Positions 53,489 to 61,207 of a stretch of 64,000 nt of DNA are shown here, piece by piece; position 1 is the first letter of the stretch, and each line of letters begins with the position of its first letter. The stretch comes from Chthoniobacter flavus. GTDB taxonomy: Bacteria; Verrucomicrobiota; Verrucomicrobiia; Chthoniobacterales; Chthoniobacteraceae. The stretch lies in the NCBI GenBank assembly GCA_945860355.1, contig CAMARB010000001.1:459-64458 (forward strand), read 5' to 3'. A program made the translations under genes and the position numbers. The notes under the pieces were generated by a model. That model did no database searches, was not told the DNA's origin, and was given only the letters and a program-made list of their open reading frames with translations.

Positions 53489-54019
53489 TTAGTACTTGAG
53501 GAACGAACGGACGGGAGTGGGCGAGAGCCGCTGCGCACCCTCCAAGAAGCTGAGCTCCAGCAGGAACTGGATTTCGAGGAGGACGCCGCCCATTTGATGA
53601 ATCAACCGGCTGGCGGCCGCCGCTGTGCCTCCGGTCGCCAACAAATCATCGATGAGCACCACCTTTTCTCCCTCGCGCAGGGCATCGGTGTGCATTTCCA
53701 CCACAGCCTCCCCGTACTCGAGAGCGTAGGCGGCCGACTTGCACTGGTAAGGCAGTTTGCCTTTTTTTCGCACCGGCACGAAACCAAGCCCGAGTTTGTA
53801 TGCCACGGCGGCTCCGAAGAGGAATCCGCGGGCGTCGATGCCCACAATTTTGTCCGCTGCCAAGGGGCGGGTCGCCTCGACGAACTGATCGATGGCGAGC
53901 GTGAAGAGGGCACCGTCTGCGAGAATCGGCGTGATGTCCTTGAAAAGGATGCCCGGCTTGGGGAAGTCCGGGATTTCTCGAATCGCCTCGCGCAGCTTCT
54001 GAATCCCGGGGGTGTCCAT
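53489..54019 (-). CDS. apt: Adenine phosphoribosyltransferase
   Basis: IPDFPKPGILFKDITP, GIDARGFLFG, PRPP motif VVLIDDLLATGGTA. ATG 54019. Confidence 0.93.
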   Translation of the reverse strand: MDTPGIQKLREAIREIPDFPKPGILFKDITPILADGALFTLAIDQFVEATRPLAADKIVGIDARGFLFGAAVAYKLGLGFVPVRKKGKLPYQCKSAAYALEYGEAVVEMHTDALREGEKVVLIDDLLATGGTAAAASRLIHQMGGVLLEIQFLLELSFLEGAQRLSPTPVRSFLKY

Positions 54020-54122
54020 GGGGGGAGTTTTGGCAAAGCCAGGGGGGCGCTGGCAAGCGGAGGTTTGCCTTGGAGCGCTTGCCGGGCTCGGGTCCTTTCC
54101 GGAGATTGGGTGAAGGCCTGCA

Positions 54123-55991
54123 ATGGGTTTTGACATTCCTGCGGGGGCCTCCCTAAGTAATCGGCGCAGAGAGCCGCTGAAGCGCTGTGAGCGGGTGGCT
54201 GCCGTTTGCTCTGGCGGAATTCGATTCCTCGAGCGCTTCTGGCAGGACTCTTGCTCCTCTTACCAAGGCTCCCCCCCCGTATCCTTCCCAACCCCCCTCT
54301 CCCCCCTCGACGTGGCAGCCAACGACGCTTACATCCGCGAAATTCTTCTCGAAACGAGCCTCGTCAGCGAGGAACAGCTGGAGCGCGCGGCGCGCGCCGG
54401 CGGGCATGCGGGGTTGGTGGACGCTTTGATTCAGCAGGGCGTGGTTTCGCAGGAGGACGTCAGCCGGGCGCTTGCGGCCCACTCCGCAATGGATTTTGCG
54501 GATCTCTCCAACCTGATGATCAATCCGGTCTTGGCGGAGACGATCCCCGCGGAGGTTGCCAGGCGCTTCAAGGTCGTGCCGGTCTCGCAGACCGACTCGG
54601 CGCTGAGTGTCGCCGTGGGGGATCCGCTGGATTTTGACACCTTTGACGCCCTTCATCACCTGCTTCAGCGGGAGCTGGAGTTTGTGTGCGGAACACCCCA
54701 GGCCATCCAAGCCGCGCTTGATAAGTTCTACCCCGACGAAGCCGCCCTGCGGGGAGCCGCCGGCGATGACTTCTCCCTCGGTGAAGTCGTTCCGGGCGCG
54801 GAGGGCGAAAGCGGAGACGCCCCGATCATCAAGATGGTCACCATGATGCTCCTGGAGGCATACAACATGCGGGCCAGTGACATCCATCTTGAGCCTTTGG
54901 AAAAACGGTTCCGTGTCCGGTTCCGTGTGGACGGCGTTTTACACGAGATGTCCAATCCGCCCAAAAAGCTCCAGGCGGCCATCATTTCGCGGCTTAAAAT
55001 CATGTCGGGCACGATGTCGATCGCCGAGAAGCGGTTGCCGCAGGATGGGCGGATTCAGGTGAAGATGGGCAAGGACAAGCAGATCGACCTGCGGGTTTCG
55101 ACCATCCCCACCAACCACGGTGAATCGGTGGTGATGCGTATTCTCGACAAGTCCTCGCTCTCCCTGGGGCTTCCCCAGCTGGGGTTCCTTTCGGATGACC
55201 AGGAGATTTTCGAGCAGTTGCTTCGGCTTCCCGACGGCATTCTTCTGGTCACGGGTCCCACGGGTTCGGGAAAAACCACGACCCTCTACGGCTGCCTCAA
55301 TTTCATCAACAAACCGGACAAAAAACTCATCACCGTCGAGGACCCGGTGGAATACCAAATGTCGGGCATCAACCAGGTGCAGGTCAACGCGGACATCGGG
55401 ATGACGTTCCCCGCGGCGCTGCGCTCGATTCTGCGTCAGGCGCCGAACATCATCATGATCGGTGAAATTCGAGACGCCGAGACCGCCAACATCGCCATCA
55501 ACGCGTCACTGACGGGGCACTTGGTGTTTTCGACGCTCCACACCAACGACGCTCCGAGTGCGGTGGCCCGTCTGGTGGACATAGGCGTTCAGCCCTTCCT
55601 GGTTTCCTCGGCGGTGCGCGCCATTCTCGCCCAGCGCCTCGTGCGTCGGCTTTGCCCCAAATGCAAGCAGCCTGACGAGCTCAGTGAAAAACAGATGAGC
55701 GCCCTCGGGATCGATTACAGCCAACTCGGCCAGGCCTCCGTCATGCGGGCAGTCGGATGTGACGCCTGCAAAAACCTGGGCTACAAAGGCCGGATGGGGC
55801 TCTTCGAGATTTTCCTCATCGATGACGAGGTCAGGCACATGGTCAACAACCATGCCTCCACCGTCGAACTCCGCAAACGCGCGAGGGAAATGGGCATGCG
55901 CACCCTGCGCGAGGACGGAGTCCGAAAGGTGCTCGCGGGCATGACCACCGCGGAGGAGGTCATCGGGGTGACGATGGCCGACAGCGACTAA
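54123..55991 (+). CDS. GspE/PilB-type secretion/pilus-extension ATPase (copy 1)
   Basis: T2SSE_N-like N-domain (IREILLETSLVSEEQLERAARA..), Walker A LVTGPTGSGKTTTLY, Asp/His boxes, tetra-Cys (CPKC...CDAC). The conserved part begins at GTG 54312, and the first 63 codons look non-genuine, so the true start is probably ~54312. Confidence 0.9.
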   Translation: MGFDIPAGASLSNRRREPLKRCERVAAVCSGGIRFLERFWQDSCSSYQGSPPVSFPTPLSPLDVAANDAYIREILLETSLVSEEQLERAARAGGHAGLVDALIQQGVVSQEDVSRALAAHSAMDFADLSNLMINPVLAETIPAEVARRFKVVPVSQTDSALSVAVGDPLDFDTFDALHHLLQRELEFVCGTPQAIQAALDKFYPDEAALRGAAGDDFSLGEVVPGAEGESGDAPIIKMVTMMLLEAYNMRASDIHLEPLEKRFRVRFRVDGVLHEMSNPPKKLQAAIISRLKIMSGTMSIAEKRLPQDGRIQVKMGKDKQIDLRVSTIPTNHGESVVMRILDKSSLSLGLPQLGFLSDDQEIFEQLLRLPDGILLVTGPTGSGKTTTLYGCLNFINKPDKKLITVEDPVEYQMSGINQVQVNADIGMTFPAALRSILRQAPNIIMIGEIRDAETANIAINASLTGHLVFSTLHTNDAPSAVARLVDIGVQPFLVSSAVRAILAQRLVRRLCPKCKQPDELSEKQMSALGIDYSQLGQASVMRAVGCDACKNLGYKGRMGLFEIFLIDDEVRHMVNNHASTVELRKRAREMGMRTLREDGVRKVLAGMTTAEEVIGVTMADSD

Positions 55992-55997
55992 AGCGCC

Positions 55998-57077
55998 ATG
56001 ACTCCGATGGAAGATCTTTTGCGGCTGGTCATCGACGAGGGTGGCTCCGACCTGCACCTGTCCGTGGGCGCGCCGCCGACTGTCCGGCTGCACGGGGACC
56101 TCATCAAACTCGACCTGCCTACCTTGAACTCCGCGGACACGGAGACGCTGGCGCGTTCGATCGCGAGTGAAACCCATCTCCAGCGAGTGAACGAGGAGGG
56201 GAGCGTGGACTTCGGGTTCACCTTCCGTGAGTCCAACCGGTTCCGGGTCAGTGTGTACCGCCAGAAAGGGCACCTGGGCCTTGCTCTCCGTCTGGTTCCC
56301 GGAAAACTCATGACGCCCGAGCAGATCGGCCTGCCCGCCGCCGTCCGGGAGCTTCTGCATTTGCCGCGCGGGTTGGTGCTGGTGACCGGGCCCACGGGTT
56401 CTGGCAAAACCACGACGCTGGCCTCGATGTTGGACGCCATCAACACCCAGTCCAAAAGCCACATCATCACCATCGAAGACCCCATCGAGTACTTTCACGA
56501 TCATCGCTCCGGGATCATCAACCAACGCGAGGTGGGTGTGGACGTGCCCAATTTCGCCGAGGGGTTGCGGCGCGCGTTGCGCCAGGATCCCGACGTGATT
56601 CTCGTCGGCGAAATGCGGGACTTGGAGACGATGGAAACCGCGATCACGGCGGCCGAAACCGGCCACCTGGTTTTCTCCACGCTGCACACCACCGGCGCGG
56701 CAAGAACGGTGGATCGGATCGTGGACGCCTTCCCGGTTGGCCAGCAGGAGATGATCCGCACCCAGCTCTCCACGAACTTGAAGGCCGTCATCTCGCAGAT
56801 CCTGTTGCCGCGGCTCGACGGCAAGGGGCGCGTGGCCGCTTTCGAGATCATGATCAACACTCCGTCCATCGCGGCGCTGATTCGTGACAACAAAACATTC
56901 CGGATTTCGAACGACATCCTGACCGGCTCAAAATACGGGATGATCTCGCTGGAGGCCTCCCTCGTGGATCTCTACCTGGCGGGTGTGATTAGCCGCGATC
57001 AGGTGACTGCAAAAGCTCAGGATCCGCAGGCGGCGCTCCAACTCATCGGCAGTCAGCAGCCCCGTAAACTGCGCTAA
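55998..57077 (+). CDS. pilT: PilT-type twitching/retraction ATPase
   Basis: 359 aa with no N-terminal T2SSE_N domain. GGSDLHLSVGAPP, Walker A LVTGPTGSGKTTTLA, AIxTGHLVFSTLHT, and the AFEIMINTPSIAALIR region. Confidence 0.93.
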   Translation: MTPMEDLLRLVIDEGGSDLHLSVGAPPTVRLHGDLIKLDLPTLNSADTETLARSIASETHLQRVNEEGSVDFGFTFRESNRFRVSVYRQKGHLGLALRLVPGKLMTPEQIGLPAAVRELLHLPRGLVLVTGPTGSGKTTTLASMLDAINTQSKSHIITIEDPIEYFHDHRSGIINQREVGVDVPNFAEGLRRALRQDPDVILVGEMRDLETMETAITAAETGHLVFSTLHTTGAARTVDRIVDAFPVGQQEMIRTQLSTNLKAVISQILLPRLDGKGRVAAFEIMINTPSIAALIRDNKTFRISNDILTGSKYGMISLEASLVDLYLAGVISRDQVTAKAQDPQAALQLIGSQQPRKLR

Positions 57078-57111
57078 ACCTTCTCCGTTCGTCCCCCCCT
57101 TTCCCCCACCA

Positions 57112-58797
57112 ATGATCCCGAATCAAGTTCTCGAAATTTTTGCCGACCAAGGCTTGTTGGACCGCTCCCAGTGCGATGACATCGCGCAGGAGAGTGCGCA
57201 GACTGGCAAAAGCCTGGTGCAAACCCTCGTGGACTACGGGGTTGTCAGCGAGGAGCAGTTTTACCAAGTGATTGCCGAGTTTCTGGGGGTCGCTCACGTG
57301 AGCCTCCAGGGATACGAGCCGCCGCCGGAGGTTCTGCGGCTCATCCCCGCGGGTCTGGCTCGGCTGCATCAGGTGTTGCCCGTTGGTATGGACGGCACGA
57401 CGGTCCAAATGGCTTTCTGCGATCCGCTGAATTCCCAGAGCCTGGAGGATCTGCGTTTTGCCATCGGCAAAGACATCCAGATTGTCGTGGCGCGCGTCGA
57501 AGACATCGAAGCGCTCATTGGCAAACACTACGGATCGGAGAGTTCGAGCATGGACGACGTGCTCGCCCAGCTCGACGGAGACATTGAGTTTGGAGGGCCC
57601 GACAGCGGGTTTGACCTCAAGAGCCTTGAAGCCGAGGCGAACGCCACCCCCATCATCCGCTACGTGGATCTGATCCTGCATCAGGCCATTCAGGACCGCG
57701 CTTCGGACGTGCATTTTGAGCCGTTTGAGACGGAGTTCAAAATCCGGTACCGCGTGGACGGTGCGCTCTATGAGATGTCACCGCCGCCCCGGCATCTGGC
57801 GATGCCTGTGATTTCCCGGGTGAAAGTCATGGCGAACCTGAACATCGCGGAACGCCGCCTTCCTCAGGACGGGCGGATCCAGAAGGTGATCAACGGCCGG
57901 CAGGTCGACCTGCGTGTTTCCACGCTGCCCACACAGTTTGGCGAGAGTGTCGTGATGCGGGTGCTGGATCGCTCCACGGTGAACCTGAGCCTGGATGCGC
58001 TCGGGATGCCCCCTCGGATTCACAACTACATCCTTGAGACCATTGAAAAGCCCAACGGCATTTTCATCGTCACCGGGCCGACGGGCTCCGGGAAAACCAC
58101 CACGCTTTACGCGGCCCTCAACCAGATCAACACCGTGGACTCCAAGGTGCTCACGGCGGAGGACCCCGTGGAATACGACATTGAGGGAATCATTCAGGTT
58201 CCCATCAACGAGGGCATCGGGCTGAACTTCGCCCGGGTGCTGCGGGCGTTTCTGCGGCAGGATCCGGACCGGATCATGGTGGGGGAAACCCGCGACATCG
58301 AGACGGCCCAGATCGCCATCCAGGCTTCGCTCACCGGCCATCTCGTGTTCACCACGCTTCACACCAACGACGCGCCCGGAGCGGTGACGCGTCTTGTGGA
58401 CATGGGCGTCGAGCCGTTCCTGATCTCCGCCTCGCTGGAGGGTGTTTTGGGGCAGCGGTTGATCCGGAAAATCTGCACCCAGTGCCGGGCGGCTTACGAA
58501 CCCTCGGAGGCCGTGCTCGCCCAGCTGGGGCTCTCGCCGCATGAGATCGGGGACAAGAATTTCTTCTATGGCAAAGGCTGCGAAGCCTGCAACCACACCG
58601 GCTATCGCGGCCGGAAGGGGATCTACGAGCTGCTCAACATCACCGACCCGATCCGCGAACTCATCAACGAACGCGCGCCGTCGGTGGTGCTCAAACAAAA
58701 GGCGATCGAATTGGGCATGACGACGCTGCGCGAGGACGGGATGCGGAGCATTTACGAGGGCGAGACCACCATCGAAGAGGTCTTGAAATACACCTGA
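57112..58797 (+). CDS. GspE/PilB-type secretion/pilus-extension ATPase (copy 2)
   Basis: T2SSE_N-like N-domain, Walker A IVTGPTGSGKTTTLY, tetra-Cys (CTQC...CEAC); 561 aa. Confidence 0.92.
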   Translation: MIPNQVLEIFADQGLLDRSQCDDIAQESAQTGKSLVQTLVDYGVVSEEQFYQVIAEFLGVAHVSLQGYEPPPEVLRLIPAGLARLHQVLPVGMDGTTVQMAFCDPLNSQSLEDLRFAIGKDIQIVVARVEDIEALIGKHYGSESSSMDDVLAQLDGDIEFGGPDSGFDLKSLEAEANATPIIRYVDLILHQAIQDRASDVHFEPFETEFKIRYRVDGALYEMSPPPRHLAMPVISRVKVMANLNIAERRLPQDGRIQKVINGRQVDLRVSTLPTQFGESVVMRVLDRSTVNLSLDALGMPPRIHNYILETIEKPNGIFIVTGPTGSGKTTTLYAALNQINTVDSKVLTAEDPVEYDIEGIIQVPINEGIGLNFARVLRAFLRQDPDRIMVGETRDIETAQIAIQASLTGHLVFTTLHTNDAPGAVTRLVDMGVEPFLISASLEGVLGQRLIRKICTQCRAAYEPSEAVLAQLGLSPHEIGDKNFFYGKGCEACNHTGYRGRKGIYELLNITDPIRELINERAPSVVLKQKAIELGMTTLREDGMRSIYEGETTIEEVLKYT

Positions 58798-58948
58798 TCG
58801 CAACACTTCTCGGTCGGGCGAGTCTGGCGGTTTCTTCCCCGTTTTTCGCATTCCCCCAAGGATGCTTTCATTGCTGAAAACCTCATCGACAACACAAGCC
58901 TCCGCTCTTAAGTCTTTTTAACCCCGGAAACGGTTCCCCCCACCATCT

Positions 58949-60241
58949 ATGGCAAAATTTGAATACATCGCGCTCGATGCCCGCGGACAGGAGTCCCGCG
59001 GGGTTTTGGAGGCGGCCTCGGCGAACGAGGCGGTCGGCCAACTCCGGCAGTCGGGTTTTTTCCCAACAAGCGTGGTGGAAGAGGGGAAAGGGCCTTCGGT
59101 CAAAACCGCCAAGAGCGTTCAGAAAGCGGTCAAGGCGGCCGCCGCCCCCAAGGCGAAGTCCGGCGGGATCCAGATTTTCGAGCGCAAGACGGTGAGCGGC
59201 AAGGTGCTCATGATTTTCACCCGGCAGTTGGCGACTTTGATCGACGCCGGATTGCCCCTGTTGCGCGGACTCACCGTGCTGGCCAAGCAGGAAAAGGATT
59301 TGGTCCTGCGCAACACGATCAATTCCCTGGCCGACGCCGTCCAGGGCGGGAGCACATTCTCCGAGTCGATGGCTCAGCATCCCCGGATCTTCAACAAGCT
59401 CTACATCAACATGGTCAAGGCGGGGGAGCTGGGCGGCGTGCTGGAGCTGGTTTTGCAGCGTCTGGCGGAGTTCCAGGAAAAGGCGCAGAAGATCAAAAAC
59501 AAGGTCGTGTCGGCGATGGCCTATCCGGTCATTGTTTTGCTGATCGCCATCCTCATCATGGTTTTCCTCCTGGCGTTTATCGTGCCGCGGTTTGAGGCGA
59601 TCTTTAAGGACATGCTCGGAAACAAGCCGCTGCCGGACATCACCCGGGCGGTGATCGGCGCGAGCAACCTGGTCAAAACCAACTGGGCCTACCTGATCGC
59701 GGGCGCTGTGGCCGTGGTTGTGATCTTCAAACTCATCGCCCGGAACCCGTCCGGCCGTCAGTTCCTGGACAAGGTCGCATTGAAACTCCCGCTCTTTGGT
59801 GATCTCTCCCGCAAAAGCTCGATCTCGCGCTTCAGCCGAACCCTGGGGACTCTGGTCACCAGCGGCGTGCCGATTTTGCAGGCCCTCAACATCACCCGCG
59901 AAACCGCCGGCAACGCCGTGGTTGCCGACGCGGTGACCAAGGTGCATGACGCGGTGAAGGAGGGTGAGTCGATCGTGCAACCCCTGGAGGCGAGCGGCGT
60001 TTTCCCACCCATGGTGATCTCGATGGTGGATGTCGGCGAGGAGACCGGTCAGTTGCCGGAAATGTTGCTCAAGATCGCCGAGGTGTACGACGACGAGGTG
60101 GACAACGCGGTGGAAGGCCTCACATCCCTCCTCGAGCCCATCATGATCGTCCTGCTGGCCTTGATCGTCGGCACCATCGTCATTGCGCTCTTTATGCCCC
60201 TGATCAGCATCATCCAGGGCATGCAGGGCGGCGCGGGTTAA
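58949..60241 (+). CDS. GspF/PilC-type inner-membrane platform protein
   Basis: Duplicated T2SSF domains (FTRQLATLIDAGLPLLRGL / FSRTLGTLVTSGVPILQAL) and 3 TM helices; 430 aa. Confidence 0.92.
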   Translation: MAKFEYIALDARGQESRGVLEAASANEAVGQLRQSGFFPTSVVEEGKGPSVKTAKSVQKAVKAAAAPKAKSGGIQIFERKTVSGKVLMIFTRQLATLIDAGLPLLRGLTVLAKQEKDLVLRNTINSLADAVQGGSTFSESMAQHPRIFNKLYINMVKAGELGGVLELVLQRLAEFQEKAQKIKNKVVSAMAYPVIVLLIAILIMVFLLAFIVPRFEAIFKDMLGNKPLPDITRAVIGASNLVKTNWAYLIAGAVAVVVIFKLIARNPSGRQFLDKVALKLPLFGDLSRKSSISRFSRTLGTLVTSGVPILQALNITRETAGNAVVADAVTKVHDAVKEGESIVQPLEASGVFPPMVISMVDVGEETGQLPEMLLKIAEVYDDEVDNAVEGLTSLLEPIMIVLLALIVGTIVIALFMPLISIIQGMQGGAG

Positions 60242-60286
60242 TCCCGGGCGCACGGCTCCTGTTTGTCTTTTTATCTCCTCCCCCCC

Positions 60287-60955
60287 ATGAAAAACAAAAA
60301 TCTTCGGAGCGGTTTTACGCTGATTGAAATGCTCACGGTGATCGCCGTGATCCTGGTGCTCTCGGGTCTGTTGCTCTCCGTCAACTCGGGGGTGCAGACC
60401 AAAGCGGCGCGCGCCCGCGCCGAGGGCGAGATCGCCGCAATGTCCGCCGCCTGTGAGAATTACAAGGCTGACAACGGAGCTTACCCGCGGGACCCCGCGG
60501 CCACCCCCGCGCCGCCCGCGCCGCCCACGCCCGCCTCAGGCGGTAAAACGGACGCTCTGAATCCGCGCCCACCCTCGGTGGCCACGACCGCTTACGCAGG
60601 CGCATCTCTCGTGCTTTACCAAGCGCTGAGCGGAAACACTGTGGCCGCTGACGGCGCGCTCACGCTGGGGCCGGGCAAAAGCTACTACGAGTTCAAACCC
60701 AACCAGCTCTCCATCAGGAAGGACGCCAATGGCATGATCTCCCATGTGTTGTTCATCCAGGATCCTTGGGGGAAATCCTACGGGTATTCCACGGCGGGTG
60801 CGAAGTTCGAGGAGGATTACCGGACGGCCCTTCGAACCAATCCGGCGGCGGCCCGCCCCGCGACTCCGATAGGCTACAACCCAACGTTCGATCTCTGGTC
60901 GACGGGCGGCGCTACGAACACGACGAACATCGCCAAGTGCGTCAAAAACTGGTAG
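60287..60955 (+). CDS. Prepilin-type N-terminal cleavage/methylation protein, GspG-like pseudopilin with a Pro-rich insertion
   Basis: MKNKNLRSG/FTLIEMLTVIAVILVLSGLLL class III signal. GspG-like AMSAACENYKADNGAYP, QDPWGKSYGY, FDLWSTG. ATG 60287. Confidence 0.85.
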   Translation: MKNKNLRSGFTLIEMLTVIAVILVLSGLLLSVNSGVQTKAARARAEGEIAAMSAACENYKADNGAYPRDPAATPAPPAPPTPASGGKTDALNPRPPSVATTAYAGASLVLYQALSGNTVAADGALTLGPGKSYYEFKPNQLSIRKDANGMISHVLFIQDPWGKSYGYSTAGAKFEEDYRTALRTNPAAARPATPIGYNPTFDLWSTGGATNTTNIAKCVKNW

Positions 60956-61207
60956 CGCCCAGCAGCGCTGGACGCAAAACGGGCTCTGCTTCTGGCTCGC
61001 TGATCTCGAAGTCCGCGGCCACGGACCGCTTGTAAGTCCCGGATCGTGCGGCGGGGGAGATCCGAGCTTGGGTTCTCCCGGTCTCTCGCGCTTTCCGCGC
61101 CCGCTGATTGACGTCCTGCCCGGCCCGGAGTGATTCAGAAACGCTGCGGCTCAATCGCTGCGTTTCACCCGATGACAACCGGGTGGGGACATGGTTAACC
61201 TTGAGCC

